64,000 bases of DNA from an uncultured bacterium (GCA_963819815.1 CAWFXL010000001.1:1472001-1536000); one strand, 5' to 3'; counted from the stretch's first letter, positions 18,738 through 29,671 are shown. Notes: generated by a model not told the origin, from the letters alone. A program made the numbers and translations.

Positions 18738-19820
18738 ATGGTCACGAGCGATACGCTCATCCCATGGGATACAATTCAGAAGCGATTTGATGAGCTCAAC
18801 GACCAGGCGAGCTCATCAACGCTTGAAACAAGCAAACGACATCTCGTTCAAAAAGAACTTTCCTACCTTTCTACTCTTCTTTCAAAGCACAAGGAAATTG
18901 TGCGTTTAGAAAAGGATCATGATGCTCTTAAAGCCCAACTCGAGGCAAATAAAGAGCCTGACATGGTTCCTTTATTTGAAGAAGAGCTGAGTGAGCTTTC
19001 GCAAACAATTACCTTGGCACATACCGATCTTGATCGAATTATGTTCCCGCCTGACCCGCTGGATTCAAGGGACGCTTTTTTAGAAATTCGAGCAGGTGCA
19101 GGTGGACAAGAGGCTTCATTATTTGCAAATGATCTTCTTCGCATGTATTCAAACTATGCCCTTAAAAAACATTGGCGCGTTGATATTGTGAGTGTCAGCG
19201 AAACAGATGTTGGCGGCATTCGTGAGATTGTCCTGCATATCCAGGGAAAGGATGTATTTGGACATTTGAAGTTTGAGTCTGGTGTGCATAGGGTTCAGCG
19301 AGTACCGGTCACTGAAGGTTCTGGACGGGTGCATACCTCGACAGCTACGATTGCAGTCCTGCCAGAGGCAAAAGAGGTTGATCTTACCATTAACCCTTCA
19401 GATCTGCGTATAGATGTATACCGTTCGGGTGGTGCTGGTGGGCAGCACGTCAATACGACCGATTCTGCAGTACGGATTACGCACATTCCAACGGGAGTGG
19501 TAGTGACCTGTCAGGATGAACGGTCACAGCATAAAAACAAAGCAAAAGCTCTTAAGATGCTCCAATCGAGGCTGCTAGCTGCCAAGCTGGAAAAAGAAGA
19601 TCAAGAGAAGGCTCTTATGAGAAAAGAGCTTGTAGGCGGGGGCATGCGGGCTGAGAAGGTACGAACGTATAATTTTCCTCAGAATCGTGTGACTGATCAT
19701 CAGGTTGAACTTACACTCAATAAGCTCGACATGGTACTTGAAGGTGCTCTTGATGAAATCGTTGATGCACTCATGGAAAAAGAGCGGCTTGATCGTCGTA
19801 AGCAGCCGGTTCTCGCCTAA
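18738..19820 (+). CDS. prfA: Peptide chain release factor 1
   Basis: 'EIRAGAGG', 'VHRVQRVPVTE' (PVT motif), 'GAGGQHVN', 'RTYNFPQNRVTDH'. Confidence 0.97.
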   Translation: MVTSDTLIPWDTIQKRFDELNDQASSSTLETSKRHLVQKELSYLSTLLSKHKEIVRLEKDHDALKAQLEANKEPDMVPLFEEELSELSQTITLAHTDLDRIMFPPDPLDSRDAFLEIRAGAGGQEASLFANDLLRMYSNYALKKHWRVDIVSVSETDVGGIREIVLHIQGKDVFGHLKFESGVHRVQRVPVTEGSGRVHTSTATIAVLPEAKEVDLTINPSDLRIDVYRSGGAGGQHVNTTDSAVRITHIPTGVVVTCQDERSQHKNKAKALKMLQSRLLAAKLEKEDQEKALMRKELVGGGMRAEKVRTYNFPQNRVTDHQVELTLNKLDMVLEGALDEIVDALMEKERLDRRKQPVLA

Positions 19821-20136
19821 GATTTCCTAAAACTCTAGGTTGATGTGCGCTTACAAGTCACAGCCAGCTGCTAACAATGGTGATTCTCTCTATCAAAGAG
19901 TTGCTTACTCCATTGTCACTTTTGATTTCTGCAAAATTGGTTAGCAAAGCAAAAAAATAAGCACATACTTTTCTTTAAAATCGCGTGACACTTCCCAAGG
20001 TAGATGATACCCTGGCTACACGTGATATCGTTCTTGAATCGGCTTAGACGCAGTATACCTGAGTTTAGGTTGGAGGCGTTATTAATAGATTGTCGTGTAG
20101 TGTATAGGTGCTTATTAATTTGTTGGGGGTCTTGCC

Positions 20137-21393
20137 ATGAATCCACTCTCTTATTTTCTTGAGTATAATCGTTATCTGAGTTTTGTTGGCATTGCAGTGA
20201 TTATTGGGCTGGCTGTGCTGATGTCCAATAATCGACGAAATATTCCCTGGCGACTGGTGCTAACGGGTCTTCTTTTACATGCTTCGCTCGCCTTTTTAGT
20301 TCTTAAGACGACGATAGGATATCAAGTTATAGCTTATATAGCCGGATTATTTACGACCTTATATCAAGCTGCAGAACGTGGCATAAATTTTGTCTTTGGT
20401 AATCTTGCCAACCCTGCAGGTCCCTGGGGATTTGTTTTTGTTATTAAGGTATTGCCGGTCATCGTATTTTTTGGCGCATTCACCTCGCTTCTGTTCTATC
20501 TAGGAATCATTCAATTTATTGTGCAAGGGATCAACAGACTTATTCGACCTCTATTGGGTACTACAGGTCCTGAAACTCTCTGCGCTGTTGCCAATAGTTT
20601 CTTAGGGCAAACGGAGGCGCCACTTCTTATAAAGCACTATTTAAAACGGATGACAAAATCTGAGTTTCTCGTGATGATGATAAGTGGAATGGGAACTATT
20701 AGCGGGTCGATTCTTGCCGTATTTGCGGTGATGGGTGTGCCTGCAACTCACTTGATTGCGGCAAGTGTTATGGCAATTCCAGCTACCATACTTATCGCAA
20801 AAATTATCTACCCAGAGACTGAGCATCCTGATGCTATGTGTGATGCAACAGCTTCTATAGAATTACAGTCAGGTAACGCGCTTGATGCAATTTCTCAAGG
20901 AACTTCCGATGGTATGTACCTTGCGCTTAATGTTGGTGCTATGCTTATTGCATTTCTTGCGATACTTGAAGTCCTCAATGGCTTTCTTGGATTTGCATGT
21001 CTTACGTTAAATACCTATGTTGGTTTGCATCTTCCGATTATTACGCTCAATATGATTTTTTCATGGATATGCTTACCATTTGGTTGGTTACTCGGCTTTA
21101 CGGGCAATGAGGCCTTTCAAGCGGGCCAGTTGATAGGTACAAAAATTGCGGTGAATGAAGTGGTAGCCTACAGTGAAATGTTGCATATGGGACTCTCTGC
21201 AAGAAGTATAGCGATTATTACTTACGCTCTATGTGGCTTTTCAAATTTTTCATGTATTGGTATCCAGATAGGTGGTATCGGTTCTTTAGTTCCCGAAAAA
21301 CGTAAATGGCTCAGTGAGCTTGGCATGCGTGCCGTATTTGGTGGAGCATTAGCAAATCTATTATCAGCGATGATGGCAAACTTGCTTCTCTAA
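20137..21393 (+). CDS. nupC: Concentrative nucleoside transporter (CNT/NupC family)
   Basis: 'FLGQTEAPL', 'GTKIAVNEVVAY', 'YALCGFSNFSCIGIQIGG'; polytopic membrane protein. Confidence 0.92.
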   Translation: MNPLSYFLEYNRYLSFVGIAVIIGLAVLMSNNRRNIPWRLVLTGLLLHASLAFLVLKTTIGYQVIAYIAGLFTTLYQAAERGINFVFGNLANPAGPWGFVFVIKVLPVIVFFGAFTSLLFYLGIIQFIVQGINRLIRPLLGTTGPETLCAVANSFLGQTEAPLLIKHYLKRMTKSEFLVMMISGMGTISGSILAVFAVMGVPATHLIAASVMAIPATILIAKIIYPETEHPDAMCDATASIELQSGNALDAISQGTSDGMYLALNVGAMLIAFLAILEVLNGFLGFACLTLNTYVGLHLPIITLNMIFSWICLPFGWLLGFTGNEAFQAGQLIGTKIAVNEVVAYSEMLHMGLSARSIAIITYALCGFSNFSCIGIQIGGIGSLVPEKRKWLSELGMRAVFGGALANLLSAMMANLLL

Positions 21394-21413
21394 CTTCTAC
21401 AAGCTATGTGGGT

Positions 21414-21451
21414 GGGTGCTTTTAATCTAAGTGGTTAAAGCACCCATTTTT
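21414..21451 (+). terminator. Hairpin terminator between convergent genes
   Basis: GGGTGCTTT...AAAGCACCC followed by ATTTTT. Confidence 0.65.
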
Positions 21452-21459
21452 AATCGTTC

Positions 21460-22164
21460 TTAGTTTTGAGAAGACGTAACCTCAATCGAAGTTTCTTGCT
21501 CTTTAAGTTGCTTATAGGCATGCGTAGATGCTAAATATACGATTGGCATGGCAAACATCAGCGTAAGGGAAATAAGCATCGAAAGTAGATAGATTATGAT
21601 GAGGAAACCGAGTAGTTGCCAGCGAACACCCTTGGTAAGGTTTCGTATAGAGGCACGGTCGTCAGCTATGGTGCTGCTTGTCTCATCGATGAGTGAGTAG
21701 CCTGCGAAATAATATTTACATGCCCAATACAGGGCAGGGACAACTAAGATACATCCAAGGCAGATCAATAGCCAGCGGATTAAACGAGCAATACAGAAGG
21801 AGAAGAATGACCTAGGGAAAACAAAAAACTCTCTCCACGGTAATGGGTTTCCTTCATAGATCGCTAGAGAAAAGCGAACCAATTGGTAATGATAAAAACC
21901 ATAAAAGAGTAAAACGGCAAAAGAAAGTACTCCGGAGCTGCATAGGAATCCAAAGGGTGTGGTAAACAGGGAAATAGTTAGTGGTAGTGCATTACTCAGG
22001 CCTAAGAAAAATGCATAAGGTATCCAGCAAAGAAGCCCCAGTAACAGGGCAACAGCAATGATGGCTAGTGAGCTGACCCAAAGCATGAAAAACGTAAATA
22101 TATGGTTAATGAATGAAGAGAAACCAAAATTGAATGCGGCTTCATAGGAGATCTGTTTTTTCAT
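21460..22164 (-). CDS. Hypothetical integral membrane protein
   Basis: Five to six hydrophobic segments; 'RNLTKGVRWQLLG' is typical of DUF975-like membrane proteins. Confidence 0.7.
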   Translation of the reverse strand: MKKQISYEAAFNFGFSSFINHIFTFFMLWVSSLAIIAVALLLGLLCWIPYAFFLGLSNALPLTISLFTTPFGFLCSSGVLSFAVLLFYGFYHYQLVRFSLAIYEGNPLPWREFFVFPRSFFSFCIARLIRWLLICLGCILVVPALYWACKYYFAGYSLIDETSSTIADDRASIRNLTKGVRWQLLGFLIIIYLLSMLISLTLMFAMPIVYLASTHAYKQLKEQETSIEVTSSQN

Positions 22165-22474
22165 AAGTCTTTTCCTTGTGTAAAGAGATAGTCTCTAGTG
22201 CTTATTATACCGCAATGAATGATACATGTACAGGGGGCATCCTTAAAAAGAGCTTCTAAGAGATGTGATAAGCATTAGAAGTGTCCTATGTTCTCTGCAG
22301 CGCCGTCATAAAAAGATACCTTCGGTTTTCTCAAGAGTCCCCCCTAAGGTATTTTGTACCATAGGGGGGAGATAGACTGTTCTTATTGATTTTCGAGTGT
22401 TTGAGAAGATTGGCCTAGCGCTCTGGGTTTCCTTCTCTTTCGTTTTCTTTCACATCTCTCTTCAGAGCAGGGGC

Positions 22475-24034
22475 TCATCTGTCAGATGAGTGGCAGGTCT
22501 TAGGACACTTGATAGAAACTGCGAGTGGATCACTTGCATCTAGGAACCCCATGAAAGGGTGTGTAGGCGGGTTGCCAAGAGTAGTTGTTGGTCCTAGACA
22601 AAAACCATTTTGACAGATTTGGGATGCAGGGCAAGTAGTACCTGTGCAGGGTTTTAAAGGGCCCCAGAAGTTTTTGCTTACCAGGTAGCTCACATTGCTT
22701 CCAGCATCTTTAATATCAGGATTGAACCCTGAAAATGAGTTGCAATGAGCATCAATGACTGCTGTACCAATATTGCCTGTAGCAGAGGTATGAAAAGCAT
22801 TACCAGTGCCTGTGAAACAGTTATGTTCAGCCGTTATATACAGTGGGGAGTAAGTGCTACCGTGGAAGAGGCCATTTATTTGTATTCCTGTAGTTCCATT
22901 AAAGATGTTTCCTCTGATATCAGTTATGACTGCAGATTTTCCAGCACCATTGATTTCAGTTTCATAAAAGATGCCCCCAGTCACCGTGTTTCCACAGAGT
23001 CTATTGTCTTGTCTGATAGCAGCTGATAAAAACTCGAAGAAAAATACCCCCTCATTCGTACTTACTGAGTTTTCTACCACTATTTCGCATGATGAATTAC
23101 TATTGTTAGAAGACACAACAAATACGTCGCTGCCAGATTCGGTTTCTTGGAATGAGCAGGAATCAACTTTCATTTTTAGATCTGAATTATTTTTGGTATT
23201 TACAAGAATTTCGTTGCCTTCGTCAACTCCAACATTATAAAAGGATGTATTCTTAACAAGAATAGTCTCTGTAGAGCTAGAGGTAGAACCTAAATTCACG
23301 TTGATGCCATTAGGTGATGATGTGCTAACAAAATCATGTAAATACGAATCTTTGATAACGACGTCAGAGGAGGCTCCTTTATCTGGTGCTGTTTCTATAC
23401 CATTGTTAGTGATCGTAGTAAGCTCACATCCGCATATTGTTAATTCTCTTGATACACCACTATTTGTGGGGCTATCATAGATACCGGCATTTGCGCCATT
23501 ATCGTTGCGGATAATTACGTTTTCAATAAGAGTATTTCCAGATTGTGGGCAGGTACCTGTGATTGCTGGTGCTCCTGTAGATGGTGTCTTTGTATTAAAA
23601 CCGTCAATACTGACATCTTTCACGATAAGATTTTCTGCCTTGTCATAATTGATGGCGGAACCTAACATATTAGTAAAGAAGATATTTTCAATGGCACCGT
23701 CACCGATAACAGTTACTTGATTGGTTGTAAGCCTAGGGAATACGGCTACATTAGAGTCACATATGTCACCAATGAGCTTTTGATTGGTAAGGGTGATACC
23801 ATCGGTTAACGCAACCGCTGAGGGAAGAACAATAAGAATGTCCCACGTACTCGCCGCCGCTTCTTTGAGTGTTGCAAAAGGGTGCTTTTTAGTACCAGTG
23901 CCACCTGCTGGAGCGCCACCTTGAACAAATTTTACGACTTCTTCGTTATGGCAATGCTTGTCCGATTTTGCTAACGCCGGTGCGAGCAAGGTAAGGGTTA
24001 GGAGTAACCCAAGAGATTTAGTTAAGAGCTTCAT
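22475..24034 (-). CDS. Exported Cys-rich protein with predicted right-handed beta-helix (pectin-lyase-like) fold
   Basis: Signal peptide 'MKLLTKSLGLLLTLTLLAPALA'; 'GTGTKKHPFATLKEAA' start motif; Asn/Ile/Gly/Thr-rich repeats; 16 Cys. Confidence 0.75.
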   Translation of the reverse strand: MKLLTKSLGLLLTLTLLAPALAKSDKHCHNEEVVKFVQGGAPAGGTGTKKHPFATLKEAAASTWDILIVLPSAVALTDGITLTNQKLIGDICDSNVAVFPRLTTNQVTVIGDGAIENIFFTNMLGSAINYDKAENLIVKDVSIDGFNTKTPSTGAPAITGTCPQSGNTLIENVIIRNDNGANAGIYDSPTNSGVSRELTICGCELTTITNNGIETAPDKGASSDVVIKDSYLHDFVSTSSPNGINVNLGSTSSSTETILVKNTSFYNVGVDEGNEILVNTKNNSDLKMKVDSCSFQETESGSDVFVVSSNNSNSSCEIVVENSVSTNEGVFFFEFLSAAIRQDNRLCGNTVTGGIFYETEINGAGKSAVITDIRGNIFNGTTGIQINGLFHGSTYSPLYITAEHNCFTGTGNAFHTSATGNIGTAVIDAHCNSFSGFNPDIKDAGSNVSYLVSKNFWGPLKPCTGTTCPASQICQNGFCLGPTTTLGNPPTHPFMGFLDASDPLAVSIKCPKTCHSSDR

Positions 24035-24236
24035 AGTATTCCCCACTTTATTAGGATTCTGGTTTCTTGGGCTTAGTACCCATTTATATTGATACTAACA
24101 GAAGGGTGAGGTTGATTTCAAGAATTGCGCCTTGTTTCTATTTGGAACTTTTTGCGATGAGCAAATCTCTGCTTGTGGCTACATGCTTCTAGAATCTTAG
24201 TATCCTTCAGACAAGCTATGCTCACTGTGAATAAAA

Positions 24237-26930
24237 TCAGCAGTGCTCTATAATACCGACAACACTGCCTTGAGGGGTTTTCTGCACTTCAAAATGTACC
24301 GGGAATTGCTCTTTTAGCGAAGGTAAATGGGAGACAATAATGACCTTCTCAAAGTCCTTACGGATCGTATGAATTGCTTGCATAATATAACTAAGCCCAT
24401 CTTCATCTTGAGAACCAAATCCCTCATCGATGATAAGTGTCTCAAGAGCAGTTCCGGCTCGACGAGCAAGGAGCTTTGCTAAAGCGATACGTAAGGCAAA
24501 GTCGATCCTAAATGCTTCACCTCCTGAGAACATTTCGTACGGTCGCACACCGACAGCATCCGAAATCTTTATATCAAGAGTCTCCTTTGTTTTACCGCTT
24601 TTGGTATCTCTTAATGAATCTATGCTGATATGGGCTTGATTTTCAGTCAGGCTTGAAAGCAGAAGGTTCGCTTCTTCTTCAATTTCAGGAAGAGCCTCTT
24701 CGATGAGCAACGCTTGAATGCCGTCTTTGCTAAATGCTGAAGCAATGGCAGTGTATTCATCATGCAGTTGCGTGCTTTCTTGTATGATCTTTGCTTGCTG
24801 ATGAGCAGCTTGTTCTTTTTGCTCGAAGCCAAGGATCTGAGCTTCGAGGGATCCTTTTTTGTGAATGAGCTGCTCTTTTTCTTTGGTGAGTGTCTCCAAT
24901 GAGCTTCTCAGCAGTTTCTCTTGAGTAAGCAAGTGTGCATCAATAAGGAGGGTGCTTGCAGCCGGCAATGCTTGTTTGACCTCTTCAAGCTCCTTTTTTA
25001 ACACACGTGCCTGATGGCATTTTTCATGGATGGTTCGCTTACGTTCATCCTGCATTGCAAGCTCTTTAAAAAAAGTTTCGCGTTGTTTACTCTTTTCTGC
25101 AAGTGCTGAAACATGTAGAGCTAAGGCCCTTTCTTTTTCTTGATCGTAAGGCACTTTTGCTAATTCAGCTTCAAGTCTTTGAAGATCTGCCTGCAGTGTA
25201 GCACTCAGGGTATCGTGTGGAGCTTTTTCAAAAGCTTCTACGAGAGCTGTACGATGTGCGGTATGCACTTGAGCTTGCTCGGTATACTGAGTAATAAGAG
25301 TAGCTGCTGCAGCGAGCTCTTTGCCAAGAGCTTCTCCTTCACTAAGACTTTTTTGGGCCTGTCTCTCAAGTTCAAGAAGCTGTACATGAAGAATCTGCTG
25401 CAATTCACGATTCTTTTTGAGAGCTTCTAATTCACTATGTTCCTGCATGAGCAGTGCTTTAAGTGATATACACACTTGTGAAAGTCGATTTATTTGGTGG
25501 CTACGGAGCTTTTCTTCTTGAGAGAACTTTTGAGTAAGATGATCTTTATCGGTAATCTGTTCACACAGTGGGCATACTGCTTGCTCAGAAGACTCTACGA
25601 GCTGCTTCTTTTGAAGAATGCTGGCAATTGTAGCCTTTAAGGATTGAGCTCGAGAAGTGAATGCATGGTAGTAGCTCTTCTTTCGTTCAAGCTGTTTTTC
25701 TTGGCTTATAATAAGAGCTTCATTGGGAGGCTGCACTCTATTTTTGAGCGTCTGTAGCTGCACGGTCAGCTCTTCAAGCTCTTTTGTTTTAAGGGCACTT
25801 TTTTTTACGAGATCTGCATGGTGTACTTGAGTGGTTGCGAGTGCATGAGCTACACTCTGAAGGTCGCGGTCGACCTTCTCAAGCTCCTGCTTATGTGCAT
25901 CAATCAACTTTTGGGTATGAGCGCGAAGAGCTTCTCGCTTAAGAAGAACTTCTTCTTTGAGTTTAAGTTTTTGGGCACCGAGCCCCTGTAGGGTATGCAG
26001 TTCCTTTTGCAGCTGCTCTCGTTCTTGTTCAGGCGAAACTGCTTGTTCACTTCTTTGCTTTCTCAATACTTCGCGCCAGGTTCTTGCCTGTGTTCTAATG
26101 GTGGATATCTCTTCTTCAATTCTTTTTGCTAGGTGCTCTTGTTTAAAGAGCATTTTTTCCGCAGCAATCTTCTGAAGTTGCGCTTGAGCAACCTGCTTGG
26201 CATGACCTTCATAATCAGCGCGAAGAGCTTTTTCTTTTTCAAGGAATTGCAGCAGCGTTGCATTAATTAGGTTGAGCTGCTCCTGAATTGTTTGTTTTTC
26301 TTTAAGTGCATCTTCAAGGTTCTTAAGCGTAGCTGCAGCTTGCTCTTGTACATTATGGGCTTCTTTAGCAGTATCGAGGGCTAGTCTTCGTACACGCTCA
26401 AAATGTTCGAGTCCTAAAAGAGCTGCTAACACATCTTTGCGTTCTTTGGGAGATTTTTTTGAGAACTCATGAGATTGGCCTTGCCGAATAAATGCTGAGT
26501 TAACAAATCCTTCATAATCAAGGCCGATAGTATAGATAATCTTATCCTGTGTAGCACGAATCGTCTTGTCAGTAAGTGGTTTATAGGTACCGGTCTCCTT
26601 TTCAAGAATACCAAACTCAAGATTTGCGTGCCCTTTTTTAGCCGAAAGTGTGAATTCGCGTTTAACACGATAAAGAACTCCGTTGCACCGAAAATCAAGA
26701 ATAACCATCATATGGGTTTCGCCAAGATGTACAAGCCCTTCATCAGCTTTTACGACGCCAGAAGCTTTACGTGCATGACCCCAAAGAGCCCACGTAAGGG
26801 CATCGAGTAAAGAGGATTTACCATGCCCATTTTTCCCCGAGAGGCAGATAAGGGGATATGGCTCAAAATCAATATCTTGAGAAGCGCCATAGCTCAGGAA
26901 ATTTTTTATATGAATTTTGAGTGGAACCAT
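24237..26930 (-). CDS. sbcC: SbcC/Rad50-family SMC ATPase
   Basis: Walker A GKNGHGKSS, long coiled coil with CPLC zinc hook, signature FSGGE, Walker B IIDEGFGSQD. Confidence 0.92.
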   Translation of the reverse strand: MVPLKIHIKNFLSYGASQDIDFEPYPLICLSGKNGHGKSSLLDALTWALWGHARKASGVVKADEGLVHLGETHMMVILDFRCNGVLYRVKREFTLSAKKGHANLEFGILEKETGTYKPLTDKTIRATQDKIIYTIGLDYEGFVNSAFIRQGQSHEFSKKSPKERKDVLAALLGLEHFERVRRLALDTAKEAHNVQEQAAATLKNLEDALKEKQTIQEQLNLINATLLQFLEKEKALRADYEGHAKQVAQAQLQKIAAEKMLFKQEHLAKRIEEEISTIRTQARTWREVLRKQRSEQAVSPEQEREQLQKELHTLQGLGAQKLKLKEEVLLKREALRAHTQKLIDAHKQELEKVDRDLQSVAHALATTQVHHADLVKKSALKTKELEELTVQLQTLKNRVQPPNEALIISQEKQLERKKSYYHAFTSRAQSLKATIASILQKKQLVESSEQAVCPLCEQITDKDHLTQKFSQEEKLRSHQINRLSQVCISLKALLMQEHSELEALKKNRELQQILHVQLLELERQAQKSLSEGEALGKELAAAATLITQYTEQAQVHTAHRTALVEAFEKAPHDTLSATLQADLQRLEAELAKVPYDQEKERALALHVSALAEKSKQRETFFKELAMQDERKRTIHEKCHQARVLKKELEEVKQALPAASTLLIDAHLLTQEKLLRSSLETLTKEKEQLIHKKGSLEAQILGFEQKEQAAHQQAKIIQESTQLHDEYTAIASAFSKDGIQALLIEEALPEIEEEANLLLSSLTENQAHISIDSLRDTKSGKTKETLDIKISDAVGVRPYEMFSGGEAFRIDFALRIALAKLLARRAGTALETLIIDEGFGSQDEDGLSYIMQAIHTIRKDFEKVIIVSHLPSLKEQFPVHFEVQKTPQGSVVGIIEHC

Positions 26931-27114
26931 GCTGAACCTCTGACCCGATTATTCTTTAGTGTACCAGTATGAAAGATTTTTGCGAGAATGGGACAGCACT
27001 CAATGTTAGAATCGTTGGCAAGAATAGATGACCATAGCTGAGGGTATGAAGAACATGGAGAAGGCGCTAGACCTCTATCGTTTTCTCAGTTAGAAGAAGT
27101 CTTTCAAGCAGGGA

Positions 27115-27978
27115 CTAGGGTTGCCTTAAAGGTTGGCTACAAGAAGTTGCACATAAAGCCTTTTCTTGCATGATTGCGTGAGTAGACCCGAATGCGATAA
27201 AAATATTTTTCCCTTGAGCAAGCAGTCTAAGGACGTAATTTACAACATACGTATCTCTGAAAATACTATTTCTTCTGCATACCAGATTAATTCGGGTATC
27301 TGTTTTAGCTGGATTGGTGATCATATAAAAGAAATGTTCATCAGTGATATCTAACGGGTGCTTAAAAAGCGATGAATGAATACACCTGAAGTTCTCAAGG
27401 GTGAGTGGAATGCTGAAATAGTCATTATACTGTAGGAGATGACTTTCGATATACTCTTCGAGAGAGAAGTTTTTTCGATAGGGGCGTGCTCTGTTTGCAT
27501 GCAATGCTCCTTGTGCACCGAATGTATAGAGGATCTCCTCTTGGGTAAACTCTTGCAAGAGCTCAGCGATTCTAGAGCGGCGAGAAGGTTCTGGGCATTC
27601 TACGGAAATAGAATGTTCTGATGCAAGAAAGGTAACAAGACCGCCTTCGGCACCATTGAGGCAAGCATCTTCAGAAGTATTTTGTAAGGGCTGCAGATTT
27701 CCTTCTACGAGAGCTACACAGTTTTTGCCTTCGGTTATGCGTATAAACTCTTGCCAGAAGTCTTTTAAAAGTGGGAACTGCCGATTCTTAGGGTCGACTG
27801 AATGGTTCGCGCCAAAATAGTAAAGATGCTGATTCCCATGGGTTATACTGAAAGAGTAGAGTTCCGGGCGGGCACTAGAGGCATACTCCTCATAGGACAT
27901 TATCCCATTTCCCATGAGAGTACCCAAGCTTAGTAGGAGCAAGCTGAAGATGCCGATAGAAGCTGATGCGCGTTGCAT
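27115..27978 (-). CDS. Hypothetical protein with signal peptide (weak TraB/EreA-like metal-site pattern)
   Basis: 287-aa ORF; hydrophobic N-terminus; 'YFGANHS', 'LVEG', 'RD', 'FGSTH'. Confidence 0.65.
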   Translation of the reverse strand: MQRASASIGIFSLLLLSLGTLMGNGIMSYEEYASSARPELYSFSITHGNQHLYYFGANHSVDPKNRQFPLLKDFWQEFIRITEGKNCVALVEGNLQPLQNTSEDACLNGAEGGLVTFLASEHSISVECPEPSRRSRIAELLQEFTQEEILYTFGAQGALHANRARPYRKNFSLEEYIESHLLQYNDYFSIPLTLENFRCIHSSLFKHPLDITDEHFFYMITNPAKTDTRINLVCRRNSIFRDTYVVNYVLRLLAQGKNIFIAFGSTHAIMQEKALCATSCSQPLRQP

Positions 27979-28076
27979 GGCTAATCTCTCTTTGGTAGAC
28001 TCAATAGCACGTTGATCTGTTGTTCTTTAACGTATCCAACTATTGAGGCGCTGTCAAAGCTCTCGAAGGAGAAAAT

Positions 28077-29375
28077 ATGCATATCGTGAGTGTTATTAGT
28101 ATAGTACTCAATCTGAGCGCTTGTATGCTGCATGGCATGGTGATGGCAAGTCAGTCGTCCGAGCATATAAAGAAGGTACATGCCCGTATACTCGATCTTA
28201 ATGAGAGAGGCCTTCTCGATGGGGAAGTGCTAATTACCCAAGGAGATAGTATTCTTATCCATGAGAAGAGCGGCTACGTGAGCGCTTACTCTGAACCCCA
28301 ATTCATGATAGCGTCTTGCTCTAAGCAGTTTACAGCGGCAGCCTTATTAAAAGTATTGTCCGACCAAAAACCAGGTGACGAACAGGTACAGTATGTGTAT
28401 GTGCTTAAGCAGCTTCACCGGCCTCTCATTGAATTTTTAACGCCGGAGGTGTTTGCTTGGGGCGATACGATCCCTCCATGGGCATATGAGATAACTCTCT
28501 ATCATTTGTTAACGCATACATCAGGCATGATACAGCACATACGGTTTCTTTTTGCTAGTGGTGGTTGGGCTGCGGTTACCGCATTTATCAATAAGGGCTA
28601 TGGAGCTGAATATGTTATACAGCGCTGGGGTCATGAGCCTGTAGAGTTTCCTGCTGGATCGGCATACTCCTATTCAAACTTGGGATATGAACTCCTTGCA
28701 AAGGTAGTATCTGTACTAGCTGGGATGCCCTTTGGGGAGTATCTTCGTATCAGCTTCTTTGAGCCTCTTTCAATGCATTCGACCTATCAGCCTACGTCGG
28801 GTACTTCGAAGGAGCTGGTTACATTGCCCCATTTTAAGAATTTAGTGAAGGAGCTGCTCTATGATGGGCAGGAGGTATATGATCCAAAGGAAGAAATGCT
28901 TTGGAGTATGGGATACGCCCAGGGATCGGGAGGAATTGTCTCAACTGCTAGAGATTTATTGCAGTGGAATAGCGCTTTGCATAAAGAAAAGCGTGTATTG
29001 CCGCATTTGCTCTATGATCTATATATAACTCCCCATAAAAACAATCATGGATTGGGCATATTACATAAATCGGGTGCATTGTACTATAATGGAAAGCTTG
29101 GCTCACACACATCTATTCTTATGTATCTTCCGCAACTTGATCTTTCCGTAATTGGGCTATGGAATATTGATCAGGATGAGGCCCGATGGATTCAGAGGGT
29201 GCAGATCATTGATTTGGAATTACTGCAAAGCATACCAGATGCAAAAATGCGCGATGCCGAAATTCTGAAGCTTATTGGTGAAAGGTTTCCTCAAATGGAA
29301 CGTGGTACCGGGGCCCTGATGAGATTTCTCATAGATGAGTTTGAGGAACTGGCGACTCAGAGTGCGACCCCTTGA
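28077..29375 (+). CDS. Serine hydrolase, beta-lactamase/class C-like family
   Basis: SxxK 'IASCSKQF', 'LLTHTSG', YxN 'YSYSNLGY', 'GGIVSTARDL'. Confidence 0.9.
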   Translation: MHIVSVISIVLNLSACMLHGMVMASQSSEHIKKVHARILDLNERGLLDGEVLITQGDSILIHEKSGYVSAYSEPQFMIASCSKQFTAAALLKVLSDQKPGDEQVQYVYVLKQLHRPLIEFLTPEVFAWGDTIPPWAYEITLYHLLTHTSGMIQHIRFLFASGGWAAVTAFINKGYGAEYVIQRWGHEPVEFPAGSAYSYSNLGYELLAKVVSVLAGMPFGEYLRISFFEPLSMHSTYQPTSGTSKELVTLPHFKNLVKELLYDGQEVYDPKEEMLWSMGYAQGSGGIVSTARDLLQWNSALHKEKRVLPHLLYDLYITPHKNNHGLGILHKSGALYYNGKLGSHTSILMYLPQLDLSVIGLWNIDQDEARWIQRVQIIDLELLQSIPDAKMRDAEILKLIGERFPQMERGTGALMRFLIDEFEELATQSATP

Positions 29376-29405
29376 GATTAAATTGAGAAATTAATATATA
29401 AACTA

Positions 29406-29435
29406 TTGACAATGTGAAAAGATTTTAGGTATGAT
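29406..29435 (+). promoter_or_regulatory. Sigma70-type promoter of the small-protein operon
   Basis: TTGACA-18 bp-TATGAT with an AT-rich upstream region. Confidence 0.65.
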
Positions 29436-29481
29436 CACATATGATAACTATATATTAATTTCAAACTAATGGAGGTTCGCC

Positions 29482-29640
29482 ATGGCGGATTACAAAAAAC
29501 AAGGATCAATGGATTGTACATGTGGTGATAAACCAATGCATAAACATGAAGCAAAACCTGAACAGCGTCGTGAGACAGAGCAATCTAAAGATAAAAAAGA
29601 AGTGAAGCCTCAAGGTAAACGTGGCGAAGAAAACCAGTAA
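29482..29640 (+). CDS. Small charged hypothetical protein (52 aa), absent from the ORF track
   Basis: GGAGG RBS at 29471; MADYKKQGSMDCTCGDKPMHKHEAKPEQRRETEQSKDKKEVKPQGKRGEENQ. Confidence 0.75.
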   Translation: MADYKKQGSMDCTCGDKPMHKHEAKPEQRRETEQSKDKKEVKPQGKRGEENQ

Positions 29641-29671
29641 TCTTGATCTTCATAAAAAAAGGAGTTTCGTT

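Noticed and set aside
29413..29439. TGTGA...TCACA as a CRP site
   Set aside because: The spacer is 17 bp rather than 6 bp; it is kept only as a generic inverted repeat.
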